DNA of 64,000 nucleotides from a virus: IMG/VR virus record IMGVR_UViG_3300032086_003078, positions 1 to 64,000 of that record. The stretch is one strand, 5' to 3'. The notes beneath the pieces are model-generated. The model saw only the letters and a list, made by a program, of their open reading frames with translations. It was not told the DNA's origin and made no database searches. How positions within the stretch are numbered: the first letter of the stretch is position 1; every line of letters starts with the position of its first letter. Shown in pieces: positions 55,518 through 64,000 of the stretch. The position numbers and the translations under genes were made by a program.

Positions 55518-55940
55518 GTGTCGGATTATTTTCAATACCCTCCTGGTCTTGGTAATGTTTCTTCTTACCAAGTTTCTGGTAAGCCCTTCGCCCAAGGTAA
55601 TTTGACCGCACCAGCTTCAAGTGGTACTCCAATAAAGGTAACCTTTCCTTCTGTTACAAACTGGGTTAAGGTCTTACCAGTCACTGGGTCTAGTTCTACT
55701 CATTTACGCATAGGATTCTCAGAAAATGGTGTTAAGGGCACAAATTATTTTAGATATTTGGCTGGGAATAATTTTAACCATGAACTGGCTTCTGCTGCGC
55801 CACTACAACTAAAAGTGACAGAATTATATTTTCTTGGAGATGATACAGCAACAGTCAATTTTGATGTCGTTGCTGGTCTTACGGGCATAAATGTCGATCA
55901 GATTTCGAATAATTGGTCTGGCTCAGTTGGCGTGGGCTAA
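55518..55940 (+). CDS. Putative virion protein, paralog of 22311-22754
   Basis: PGLGNVSSYQVSGKPF...FPSVTN...ELYF...GLTGI; AGGAG SD. Confidence 0.7.
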   Translation: MSDYFQYPPGLGNVSSYQVSGKPFAQGNLTAPASSGTPIKVTFPSVTNWVKVLPVTGSSSTHLRIGFSENGVKGTNYFRYLAGNNFNHELASAAPLQLKVTELYFLGDDTATVNFDVVAGLTGINVDQISNNWSGSVGVG

Positions 55941-55945
55941 AAAAC

Positions 55946-55973
55946 TTTACTTTTCTCAGAACTAGTCTATAAT
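55946..55973 (+). promoter_or_regulatory. sigma70-like promoter
   Basis: TTTACT-16 nt-TATAAT. Confidence 0.6.
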
Positions 55974-55997
55974 AAACATATAGAAGAGGAGAGATAA

Positions 55998-56210
55998 ATG
56001 AAAGTCGGAGATCTTGTCAACTTCACAGACCGCAGCCACAGCCTTTATCGCAAGTATTCCAAAGGTCCAGGTGTCATCGTAGACATTGATTATATTGCCA
56101 AATACAACCGAATGTCCCGCCACAAATATCTTGGAGCAAAGGTCACAGTCCAGTTCCCAGGGCTAGACAAACCATCAGTCGTTACAGAATATTCACTACA
56201 AGCAATCTAA
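55998..56210 (+). CDS. Small KOW/SH3-like protein
   Basis: MKVGDLVNF...GVIVDI...VTVQF. Confidence 0.7.
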   Translation: MKVGDLVNFTDRSHSLYRKYSKGPGVIVDIDYIAKYNRMSRHKYLGAKVTVQFPGLDKPSVVTEYSLQAI

Positions 56211-56223
56211 AGAAAGGTTTTAG

Positions 56224-59200
56224 ATGACTAACCGAATTGAAAGCAAAATCCCTTTTGTGGGATTACACGCCCACTCAGGGCTTTCTCCGTTTGACGGACT
56301 AGGAATGCCTGGCGAGCATATGGACTTCGCCTATGAAAACGGAATGAATGCCCACGCTCTCACAGACCACGGGCATATGAACGGACTGTCGTTTCAGGTC
56401 GAACATTTGAAGAAAATGCGAGCAGACGGCAAAGAGTTCCGAGCCTTGTATGGCTGTGAATCCTACTTCATCCGCTCACACAAGAAGTGGCGGCAGATGT
56501 ACGAGGAGCACAAGGCTAATCAAAAGCGCCAAAAGAAAGAAGAGTTTGGCATGGTCATCGAGGACGAGGATCGAGGCAAGAAGCGTAATCCGCTCAACAA
56601 CCGCCGCCACCTCGTGATGATCGCCCAAAATCAGACAGGTCTAAACAACTTGTTCCAACTGGTATCGGATAGCTATCAGCCTGAGAACTTTTACCGCTAC
56701 CCTCGTATGGACTTTGAGATGCTGGATAAGTATAACGAGGGGCTAATCATCAGCAGCGCCTGTATGTCAGGTCCATTGTTCGAAGACTTTTGGAAGAATA
56801 GAGACAAGAGCCCTGACCACGTGCTTGCAGCGATGCGGGACACGATCGCCCAGTTCAAGGAGATCTTCGGAGACAGGTTTTACGGGGAAGTCCAGTGGAA
56901 TGATATTAAGGAGCAGCACGAGGGTAACAACCTCATTATCCAAGCCTGCATGGAAATGGGTGTTGAGGTTATCAGCACGGCGGACAGCCACTACCCACGA
57001 CCTGACTTGTGGAAAGACCGAGAGATGTATAAGCGCATCGGCTGGGGCGGCAAGATCCCAGAGTGGGCGGACCCTGATAGTCTTCTGCCAGCATCGGTTG
57101 ACGAGGTGGGCTACGAGTTGTACCCGAAGAATGGCGACCAAATGTGGGAGTCTTACAAAAAGTATTCGGGCAAGCACAACATCGAGTATGACGATACTTT
57201 TATCCGTGATAGTATTGAGCGCACACATCACATCGCCTTTGATCGCTGTGAAGACTTCCTGCCCGATAGCACTGTCCGACTCCCAGAGTTTGTTGTGCCC
57301 GAGGGCAAGACAGCCATCCAGGCCTTGACTTCTGACGCTCTCAAGGGGATGAAAAGTAAGAATCTTACGAGCCCTGAGTATGTTGATCGCCTGAAATATG
57401 AACTCAATATTATCAACGAGCGTGGCTTCGCTCAATACTTCTTGACGATGAAAGCCATCTCAGACAAAGCCCAAGAGGAAATGCTGGTCGGACTAGGACG
57501 AGGCTCAGCCGCTGGTTCACTCTTATCTTATGTGCTAGATATCACACAAGTGGACCCTATCAAATATCAGTTGCAGTTTGAGAGGTTCCTAACCAAGGGC
57601 GGCAGCGGCTACCCTGATATCGACTTTGACGTTGAAGAGCCAATGCTTTTGAAGGAGCAACTGGCAGAAGAGTGGGGACCGACTACAGTTGTACCGATCA
57701 GCAACTTCAACACGCTCCAACTTCGATCGCTCATCAAGGACATCGGTAAGTTTTATGGTATTCCGTTCACCGAAGTCAACAAGGTGACTAGCGTGATGAT
57801 GAGCGAAGCCACTCCAAAAGCCAAGGCAGCCAGGGGGCAAACTGCTGGCGTCTACACTCCAACATTTGACGAGGTAAAAGAATATAGTGAAACACTCCAA
57901 GACTTCTTTGACAAGTACCCAGAGGTTGCTACTCACGTTGATAACCTCTTCGGCAATATGCGGAGTATTTCTCGGCACGCTGGTGGGGTTGTGGTGGCAG
58001 AAAACCTTGACCGCCATATGCCCCTAATCAACTCTGGCGGTGTCATCCAAACGCCGTGGAGTGAAGGGCAAAACGTCAGGCACCTGGAGCCGCTCGGCTT
58101 TATTAAGTTTGACCTGCTTGGCTTGTCAACTCTCCGTATGATTTCGGGAGCCATTCGTCACATCCTCAAGCGTCACCAAGGCATTGAGGAGCCAACCTTC
58201 GAGCAGGTGAGAGATTATTATAATATTCACCTCCACCCAGACGTGATCGATTTTGATAATCAAGAAGTCTGGCGTGAGGTATTCCACAAAGGTAAGTGGG
58301 CTGGCATCTTCCAGATGACTAACGGCGGAGCCCAGCGGTTCTGCCAAGAAGCCCAGCCAACTTCACTTTTGGACTTCGCAGCAGTCACCGCTATTTTCCG
58401 CCCCGGACCACTTAGCGCCAAGGCTCACAGTCTGTATGTTGCGAACAAGTCTAACCCTAGCCAAGTACACTACGAGCACCCAATCATCAAAGAAGTGCTC
58501 GGAGATACATACGGCTTGCTGGTCTTCCAGGAGCAGTTGGCTATGCTCGCTCACAAGTTGGGCGACAACATCTCGCTGGATGAGGGCAACCTTCTCCGCA
58601 AAGTCTTGACGAAAAAGGGAACAGGCAAAGATAAAGTCAAAGACAAATTATATAAAAAGTTTGTCAAGGGCTGTAACAACCACGGACTAAGTGAAGATGT
58701 TGCCAAGAATCTCTGGTCCAAGATGGAGTTTTTCTCAGGCTACGGCTTTAACCTGTCTCACGCTGTCTCCTACGGTGCCGTGTCCTTCCAGTGCGCTTGG
58801 TTGAGCTACTACTATCCAGTTGAATGGATGGCTGCCTTCCTCGATAAGGAGCCAGAAGACAAGAAAGCAGGAGCGATCAACACTGCCAAGTCCTTTGGTT
58901 TTGAGATTGTCCCGCCAAGCATTAACAAGTCAGGACGAGTCTGGGAAATTGCTGAAGATGGCAAGACTCTGATTCAACCTCTTGCTGGTATCAAAGGTCT
59001 TGGCGATAGTGCTATCGATCAAATCGTTACTAACCGACCCTTCAGCAGTATTGAAGAGTTCTTATTCAACGAGAACATCACATACTCCAAGCTAAATAAG
59101 AAGGCGCTAGATGTTCTGGTTAGGAGCAAAGCCCTTGATGAATTGATGGATGATAGGTTCACGGGACTAAAGCATTTCTGGTCTGCCGTCGCAGTTGACC

Positions 59201-59634
59201 GCCCACGCAAGGAAAAGAACCTAGTGGAAAATATTGAGTTGTATGCGCCAGAGGGAGACTTCTCCGAAGAAGAGAAGTTGGAACACTTCGCTTCGCTCAC
59301 AGGCATTTTCCCAATCCACGAGATTATGCCGCAGGAAATCCAAGACAACCTAATGAACCGAGGTTGCCCTCCTATCAGCGAGTATGACCCCGACCTACAA
59401 CTGGTCTGGTTCATTCCAAGGGAAGTAAAAGTAAAGAAGACCAAGAACGGCAAGGAATACTGGATTATCCACACCACCGACAGCAATGCCCACGATGCTC
59501 GCATCCGTTGTTGGGGAGTGAAAGAAAACGATAGGATCTCCCTTAACAAAGTGTATGTTGCTAACTTAGAATATAACGAGAAGTGGGGGTTCAGCACCCG
59601 CTCGATCAAAAAGTCATTTAGGAGGCTCACATGA
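56224..59634 (+). CDS. dnaE: DNA polymerase III alpha subunit (family C)
   Basis: PHP motifs LHAHS, TDHG, DSHY; GRGSAAGS, PDIDFD, HAGG, KFDLLGL, FQEQ, YGFNLSHA. Confidence 0.97.
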   Translation: MTNRIESKIPFVGLHAHSGLSPFDGLGMPGEHMDFAYENGMNAHALTDHGHMNGLSFQVEHLKKMRADGKEFRALYGCESYFIRSHKKWRQMYEEHKANQKRQKKEEFGMVIEDEDRGKKRNPLNNRRHLVMIAQNQTGLNNLFQLVSDSYQPENFYRYPRMDFEMLDKYNEGLIISSACMSGPLFEDFWKNRDKSPDHVLAAMRDTIAQFKEIFGDRFYGEVQWNDIKEQHEGNNLIIQACMEMGVEVISTADSHYPRPDLWKDREMYKRIGWGGKIPEWADPDSLLPASVDEVGYELYPKNGDQMWESYKKYSGKHNIEYDDTFIRDSIERTHHIAFDRCEDFLPDSTVRLPEFVVPEGKTAIQALTSDALKGMKSKNLTSPEYVDRLKYELNIINERGFAQYFLTMKAISDKAQEEMLVGLGRGSAAGSLLSYVLDITQVDPIKYQLQFERFLTKGGSGYPDIDFDVEEPMLLKEQLAEEWGPTTVVPISNFNTLQLRSLIKDIGKFYGIPFTEVNKVTSVMMSEATPKAKAARGQTAGVYTPTFDEVKEYSETLQDFFDKYPEVATHVDNLFGNMRSISRHAGGVVVAENLDRHMPLINSGGVIQTPWSEGQNVRHLEPLGFIKFDLLGLSTLRMISGAIRHILKRHQGIEEPTFEQVRDYYNIHLHPDVIDFDNQEVWREVFHKGKWAGIFQMTNGGAQRFCQEAQPTSLLDFAAVTAIFRPGPLSAKAHSLYVANKSNPSQVHYEHPIIKEVLGDTYGLLVFQEQLAMLAHKLGDNISLDEGNLLRKVLTKKGTGKDKVKDKLYKKFVKGCNNHGLSEDVAKNLWSKMEFFSGYGFNLSHAVSYGAVSFQCAWLSYYYPVEWMAAFLDKEPEDKKAGAINTAKSFGFEIVPPSINKSGRVWEIAEDGKTLIQPLAGIKGLGDSAIDQIVTNRPFSSIEEFLFNENITYSKLNKKALDVLVRSKALDELMDDRFTGLKHFWSAVAVDRPRKEKNLVENIELYAPEGDFSEEEKLEHFASLTGIFPIHEIMPQEIQDNLMNRGCPPISEYDPDLQLVWFIPREVKVKKTKNGKEYWIIHTTDSNAHDARIRCWGVKENDRISLNKVYVANLEYNEKWGFSTRSIKKSFRRLT

Positions 59635-59852
59635 GCAAAAAACTATTTCAAGCCGCTTTGTCGAAATACGAAGCACAACGTGACGAGGCACTAGCTGTTC
59701 TTGATGTTTATCTAAAGAGTTCAGTTGGGATCGGAGAACACTCGAATCTTCTAGAAGAAGTCACTAAATGGACGGAGACTTTGACGGAAGCAGAAGAAAA
59801 TATTGAAACTATTAAGCGCCACTTCAGCGCCGGAGGAAAAAACAATGGCTAA
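59631..59852 (+). CDS. Hypothetical helical protein
   Basis: AGGAGG SD; VGIGEH motif. Confidence 0.65.
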   Translation: MSKKLFQAALSKYEAQRDEALAVLDVYLKSSVGIGEHSNLLEEVTKWTETLTEAEENIETIKRHFSAGGKNNG

Positions 59853-60423
59853 TCATGTGACTTTCAGAGCTAATTTTGAACAAATCAACGAAGCAGCCCT
59901 AGAGAAGCTTCAAGAGCTATACAGCCGCTTCCAAGATAACGATTGTAATTTTGGAGATATGTTTGTAGATGGCGGAGAAGATTCACCAACTTATGAAGAA
60001 ACAAATAGTCGCAGTTGGTATATTGAAAATGTTGGAGCAAAGTGGTGCTACCTTGAGGAACATGATGAAGAAGGTATCTTTGGAACAAGTGCCTGGGATG
60101 CTCCAGAGTTAGGACTATGCTGGCTAGCCGAACAACTGGGAGACCTTGACCCAGAACTCTTAATGAATGTTTCCTATGAAGATGAAGGTCCAAACTTTGT
60201 CGGCTGGATGGTGTTCAGTGGTCCTGATCTATGGAGCGGCGGCATTGCGGAAACAGAAGATGAGGTTAGGGATATTGTCAGCCGATATTCCCCCGACACC
60301 AACCTTGATAATGAAGATGAATATTACGATGCCCTTTGGGAATCTATTGACGACTGGCAGCGAGATAACTTTAGGCAGACAGAAAAAGAAATCATTAACT
60401 CAAGGAGTTTTGAAGTTGATTGA
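59845..60423 (+). CDS. DUF1281/YubB ferredoxin-like protein
   Basis: GGAGG SD before ATG 59845; W..ENVGAKW, TSAWDAP, YEDEG.NFVG. Confidence 0.6.
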   Translation: MANHVTFRANFEQINEAALEKLQELYSRFQDNDCNFGDMFVDGGEDSPTYEETNSRSWYIENVGAKWCYLEEHDEEGIFGTSAWDAPELGLCWLAEQLGDLDPELLMNVSYEDEGPNFVGWMVFSGPDLWSGGIAETEDEVRDIVSRYSPDTNLDNEDEYYDALWESIDDWQRDNFRQTEKEIINSRSFEVD

Positions 60424-60988
60424 TGGAAAAGATTTAGTAAAAGACGAAGATTGCTTTGGTTGCGGTTGCAATCTAAAGCCAGCTTGCCCAGGATACTGGG
60501 ACGAAAAAAAGGAAGAAAATAATAATATGCGTGTAAGAGTCCAACGAGTTCACGAAAATGCTAAACTACCAAAACGAGCCCATGCAGATGATGCTGGCAT
60601 GGACTTGTTTTTTTGCCCACCGCCAAAACCAGAGCTAGATTCTCAGATTGAGACTGTACTACCTTTTGGCTCCTCGGTCCTCCCAACAGGACTAAAGATT
60701 GAAGTTCCTAAGGGTTATATGCTTGAGATCAAAAACAAGTCAGGCATTGCTTCAAAGCGAGGGTTGATTGTCGGCGCTTGTGTGGTTGACAGAGGGTATA
60801 CGGGAGAGATTTTTGTGAATCTTCACAACATTACCCATCGCAACCAGACCCTCCACGAGGGAGACAAAATCGCCCAGGCAGTTTTTGTAAAAGTCAGGAC
60901 TGACATTGAACTGATTGATTCAGATCACATCTACGACGAAGAGACCAGTCGAGCAGAAGGTGCTCTTGGCTCAACGGGAGACAGATAA
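60416..60988 (+). CDS. dut: Trimeric dUTPase (possible Cys-rich N-extension; alternative start 60527)
   Basis: DAGMDL, KSGIA, VVDRGYTGE, KIAQ, R.EGALGSTG motifs. Confidence 0.92.
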   Translation: MIDGKDLVKDEDCFGCGCNLKPACPGYWDEKKEENNNMRVRVQRVHENAKLPKRAHADDAGMDLFFCPPPKPELDSQIETVLPFGSSVLPTGLKIEVPKGYMLEIKNKSGIASKRGLIVGACVVDRGYTGEIFVNLHNITHRNQTLHEGDKIAQAVFVKVRTDIELIDSDHIYDEETSRAEGALGSTGDR

Positions 60989-60993
60989 AAAAA

Positions 60994-61021
60994 TTGACCT
61001 CTTTGTAACTTGTGATAATAT
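60994..61021 (+). promoter_or_regulatory. sigma70-like promoter
   Basis: TTGACC-16 nt-TAATAT with TG extension. Confidence 0.6.
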
Positions 61022-61040
61022 AAGATAGAAGGAGAGAGTT

Positions 61041-61268
61041 ATGGAAGTCGGTAAAAAAGTAAGGCTTACAGGCATCACACGCCATGGCAAGAATCGTGTT
61101 CGAGAACAGGGAGATGTTTGGGAAGTCATTCGCATGAACCCATCAGTATCTTTCAAAACAAATGCTCCTGGACCTTTTATGTTGCTCCAGGCAACCACCA
61201 CTATCAATATGCGGTGGGTCTCAACAATTAATGACGACAACTTCTCAGTAGAGGTGATTGATGAGTAA
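61041..61268 (+). CDS. Small SH3-like protein
   Basis: MEVGKKVRL...GKNRVRE.G..WEV. Confidence 0.65.
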   Translation: MEVGKKVRLTGITRHGKNRVREQGDVWEVIRMNPSVSFKTNAPGPFMLLQATTTINMRWVSTINDDNFSVEVIDE

Positions 61269-61473
61269 AAACGAATGGCGTAAAAATCTGAAGGTCGGCG
61301 ACCTCGTGAAGATGAAGTCAGGACATCTTGCGATTCTGACCGAGGTATATATGCGCCAAACTGGACCTAACGGCAGCGATTATCCGCACGTCAAAATACT
61401 ATATTGTGATGATCAGTCCGCCGGCGGGTGTAGTGCTTGGCGAGTTGCGGAGGTTCTCAATGAAGCCAGGTGA
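61258..61473 (+). CDS. Small KOW/SH3-like protein
   Basis: LKVGDLVKM...VLNEAR. Confidence 0.65.
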   Translation: MMSKNEWRKNLKVGDLVKMKSGHLAILTEVYMRQTGPNGSDYPHVKILYCDDQSAGGCSAWRVAEVLNEAR

Positions 61474-61654
61474 TCTAGTACGAATCTCAGACTGGGACAC
61501 CAAACTCAACCGAGGCTGGAATCCCATCGGGCTTGTTTTATCAGAGCCCGAAGTAAAGAATCACGGCACAACCTGTGTCCTTGTTGATTGGCTTGAGTCG
61601 CCAGACACTGAATATTACTCGGTTCACCACCTAGAAATAATTTCAAATTCATAA
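61460..61654 (+). CDS. Small KOW/SH3-like protein
   Basis: GGAGG SD; MKPGDLVRI...IGLVL...VLVDW...LEIIS. Confidence 0.7.
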   Translation: MKPGDLVRISDWDTKLNRGWNPIGLVLSEPEVKNHGTTCVLVDWLESPDTEYYSVHHLEIISNS

Positions 61655-61659
61655 GAAAA

Positions 61660-61687
61660 TTTACAAAAGAAAACTTTGTGGTACAAT
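61660..61687 (+). promoter_or_regulatory. sigma70-like promoter
   Basis: TTTACA-16 nt-TACAAT with TG extension. Confidence 0.65.
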
Positions 61688-61709
61688 AAACCAGCGTTAG
61701 GAGAACGTA

Positions 61710-62315
61710 ATGGAAATGATGTTTGAAGTCGCATCTCGAATCACTAATGAAATTAGCAAGAAAAGAATCAAAGCAAACATCTGGGAAGGGTCTCGGTTTG
61801 AGGTTCTAAAAGATTATACTTGTGATGAGATTGGAGAGTGGGGTGAGAGTTTAGTCTATGACGTAATGAACTCTGATCCTGAGGTGACAGTCACTCATGG
61901 CGGCAATACCATTCTTGAAGACGGTCATTATGATTTTTACATGACAGGTCCGTTTGGAAATCTTCGTGTAGAGCAAAAAACTGCCCGTCTCAACTCTGGA
62001 CCAGGCGGCACTTTTCAGCACGAGAGTTTGCGCCTTGACGGAACTTGTGAATCTTTTATTTTCCTTGATGTGTGTCCGAACGAAATGTTCTTGACTGTGA
62101 TTGCTTCTAATTCCATCAAGCACGGCGAGCGCCACTCGATCCTGAAGAGGACACCTCACCAGCGTGCGGAGAGTAAAAAATATAAGTTTGATCTTAGCCG
62201 TAAGATCTGTGAGAGCCGAGGCATTCCTGCTGGTATCACAATGCGTATTGATATCAATACTACACCAACAGAGGTACGAAACTTTATTAAGGAGAGACTA
62301 AGTGCAGTTTCCTAG
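61710..62315 (+). CDS. PD-(D/E)xK nuclease, putative restriction endonuclease
   Basis: GEWGE helix, YDF...VEQKTA catalytic pattern; adjacent to a methyltransferase. Confidence 0.6.
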   Translation: MEMMFEVASRITNEISKKRIKANIWEGSRFEVLKDYTCDEIGEWGESLVYDVMNSDPEVTVTHGGNTILEDGHYDFYMTGPFGNLRVEQKTARLNSGPGGTFQHESLRLDGTCESFIFLDVCPNEMFLTVIASNSIKHGERHSILKRTPHQRAESKKYKFDLSRKICESRGIPAGITMRIDINTTPTEVRNFIKERLSAVS

Positions 62316-63366
62316 CATGGAATCACAAGAAGAACTGCTTGATCTTCTAGAGGATGTTATCGATGCTACAAGCATTAAAGAAGTGGCATCGATGTTTAAC
62401 GTTGTTCCCAACACAGTAGAGAGGTGGTTTCTGCTTGGAGAAATACCACGGCAATACTATTTTGATTTAGCACAAATGACTGGCTTTGAAATAGACTATT
62501 CAAAACACAGCTTCAGAGATAAAGATCAGTTTTTTACCCCATCCGAAACTGCTACTTATTGTTATAATGTTTTGTGCCGTAAATTAGAAGAGCTTGGAGT
62601 TGACGAGACGAAAGTAAATTACGTAGAGCCATCGGCAGGCTCTGGTAACTTCTTGAATGTTTTGCCACCAGATCGCCGCACTGGGCTAGATATCGAACCT
62701 AGATCACCAGAGATTATTGAAGGCGATTATTTGTCATGGAAACCAGAAACTGATAATAATATTGTTATTGGAAACCCACCTTTTGGTCTTCGAGGGCATT
62801 TAGCTCTCCGCTTTATGAATCACTCAAGTAAATTTGCTGACTTTGTTGCTTTTATTTTGCCGCAATTATTTGAGAGCGATGGGAAAGGTTCACCCAAGAA
62901 AAGAGTCCAGGGGTACAACCTTATCCACTCAGAGAAGTTAGACACTTCTTTTGTCGATCCTGAGGGAAAGACTATCCCAGTGAATACAGTATTCCAGATT
63001 TGGTCGAAAGAGTTTTCAGACCCTTCATATGTTGTCGATACTTCGTCTTGTGACAAGCATTTAAAAGTCTATTCTTTGTCTGATGGCGGCACTCCTGGGA
63101 CTACAAGAAACAAGCCACTATTAGATAAGTGTGATGTGTACCTTCCATCTACATGTTTCGGCGAAGATAAGATGAAAGTTTATAAAAGCTTCGAAGATCT
63201 ACCAGGAAGAAAAGGATACGGTGTGGTATTTCTATCGAAGAAGAATGAAAATAAAAAAGTATTTGAGAATATTAACTGGGCGCAGCAAAGTTTTAAGTCT
63301 ACAAATTCCGCTTTCAACCTTAGAACTTCAATTATAAAAAAAGCATTTATTGACAATAAAAGTTGA
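62302..63366 (+). CDS. Amino (N6-adenine/N4-cytosine) DNA methyltransferase with N-terminal HTH
   Basis: DQFFTP, EPSAGSGNF (motif I), GNPPFG (motif IV); N-terminal IKEVASMFNVVPNTVERW HTH. Confidence 0.85.
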   Translation: MQFPSMESQEELLDLLEDVIDATSIKEVASMFNVVPNTVERWFLLGEIPRQYYFDLAQMTGFEIDYSKHSFRDKDQFFTPSETATYCYNVLCRKLEELGVDETKVNYVEPSAGSGNFLNVLPPDRRTGLDIEPRSPEIIEGDYLSWKPETDNNIVIGNPPFGLRGHLALRFMNHSSKFADFVAFILPQLFESDGKGSPKKRVQGYNLIHSEKLDTSFVDPEGKTIPVNTVFQIWSKEFSDPSYVVDTSSCDKHLKVYSLSDGGTPGTTRNKPLLDKCDVYLPSTCFGEDKMKVYKSFEDLPGRKGYGVVFLSKKNENKKVFENINWAQQSFKSTNSAFNLRTSIIKKAFIDNKS

Positions 63367-63390
63367 CAGACTCCTCTTCCGTGGTAATAT
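63363..63390 (+). promoter_or_regulatory. sigma70-like promoter
   Basis: TTGACA-16 nt-TAATAT with TG extension. Confidence 0.7.
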
Positions 63391-63407
63391 ACTAATGTAA
63401 GGAGAGA

Positions 63408-63605
63408 GTGATGAGCGACTTCAATATGTTTCACGGCGAGCGTGTCAAGTACGCAGGGTACCATCCCCTTTACCGTGGCTGCAAGGGTGTCGTTGTCGGC
63501 GGCGACCACCACAACATTCGTGTGGAGTGGGAAGGTCATGAAGACTATCCCCCCCGTCTTCACGAGGCGTGGGAAATTGTTTGGCTCGTAGATAGCGGAG
63601 AGTAG
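63408..63605 (+). CDS. Small KOW/SH3-like protein
   Basis: FHGERVKY...KGVVVG...IRVEW. Confidence 0.65.
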   Translation: MMSDFNMFHGERVKYAGYHPLYRGCKGVVVGGDHHNIRVEWEGHEDYPPRLHEAWEIVWLVDSGE

Positions 63606-63607
63606 TT

Positions 63608-63775
63608 ATGAAGATGAAAGAAGGCGATCTGGTTCGACACCTTGAGAATGGTCAAGCGGGAGTTATTGTTCTCTCTTGGGGCGTGATGGATGTCGTAGAG
63701 GTTCTTTGGAATGATGGTGAAGTCAGGGGACAGAACCTCTGCGAATTGGAGTTGATCAATGCAGCAAATAAATAG
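63608..63775 (+). CDS. Small KOW/SH3-like protein (55 aa, not in ORF track)
   Basis: MKMKEGDLVRH...GVIV...VEVLWNDG...LELIN; GGAG SD. Confidence 0.7.
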   Translation: MKMKEGDLVRHLENGQAGVIVLSWGVMDVVEVLWNDGEVRGQNLCELELINAANK

Positions 63776-63941
63776 GTTCGGTGTCGGTGCCCTAGTCAAT
63801 GTTGATAAGCATTACAACAAAACTTTGGGTATGATTGTCCGCCAAAGCCGTGGGTACAACTGGATTGTCAAACGTATGAACGACGGTCAAAATGTCCTAG
63901 CTCACGAAGACAATATGGAGGTGGTCAGTGAAGCCAGGTGA
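63759..63941 (+). CDS. Small KOW/SH3-like protein
   Basis: FGVGALVNV...GMIV...WIVK...MEVVSEAR. Confidence 0.65.
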   Translation: MQQINRFGVGALVNVDKHYNKTLGMIVRQSRGYNWIVKRMNDGQNVLAHEDNMEVVSEAR

Positions 63942-64000
63942 TTTGGTTCGGCACCGAGGGAACAAAAAAGTATACCTCATACTTAAAACCCGTAAGATCA
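63928..64000 (+). CDS. 3'-partial KOW/SH3-like protein
   Basis: GGAGG SD; GTG start giving MKPGDLVRHRGNKKVYLIL. Confidence 0.6.
   Translation, partial: MKPGDLVRHRGNKKVYLILKTRKI

Noticed and set aside
14817-59634. Inteins or introns in terminase, RecA, DnaB, NrdJ or DnaE
   Set aside because: Lengths and motif spacing look normal; no intein or intron signatures seen by eye.
60167-60415. Long N-terminal extension of the dUTPase ORF as listed in the track
   Set aside because: Overlaps the DUF1281-like gene in another frame and lacks an SD; the start is more likely 60416 or 60527.
610-63799. Minus-strand ORFs and nested + strand ORFs in the track (e.g. 56767-57435, 59019-59630, 56825-57328, 29886-30200)
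   Set aside because: They overlap well-supported + strand genes and show no recognisable motifs; treated as shadow frames.
1-64000. Alternative genetic code (stop-codon reassignment)
   Set aside because: Large conserved genes are intact in code 11 and TAA, TAG and TGA all end genes.
1-64000. tRNA genes, diversity-generating retroelement or retron
   Set aside because: No cloverleaf/T-loop patterns recognised in the intergenic gaps and no reverse transcriptase; tRNAscan-SE would be needed to confirm.

Overview
A 64 kb segment of a large T4-like (myovirus, probably jumbo) bacteriophage genome in standard genetic code, with essentially every real gene on the + strand. Gene order: an array of small genes sharing N-terminal leader peptides (1-5079); an Mre11-Rad50 (SbcD-SbcC) fusion; an RHH + HNH endonuclease pair; a truncated major-capsid paralog; small KOW/SH3-like genes; a holin-like/FtsZ-tubulin/membrane cluster; terminase, portal, prohead protease, ribosomal protein bS21, scaffold, major capsid, neck, sheath, tube, tail chaperone, tape measure and baseplate; then a replication module (minimal PolA, a second degenerate tubulin, SSB, RecA, deaminase, 5'-3' exonuclease, DnaB, class II RNR, GroES, DnaE, dUTPase), a restriction-modification-like pair and more KOW-like mini-genes. 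The best candidate for an undescribed system is two families of shared leader peptides (MKITKxQLRQIIKEE and MKKLLxEWRKFLxE) ending in a T4 gp21-type (I/L)xE site. They are fused to unrelated cargo domains (ADP-ribosyltransferase-like, GNAT, 2H phosphoesterase), suggesting a cassette-based, capsid-loaded effector arsenal. Other highlights: a mini capsid-protein paralog behind a host-type promoter and a structured RNA leader, a tubulin within a late membrane-gene cluster, a recurring ACTA(T/A/C)(T/A)TA late-promoter-like motif, several structured intergenic RNAs, and unannotated overlapping ORFs. All assignments come from motif reading by eye; no database searches were run.
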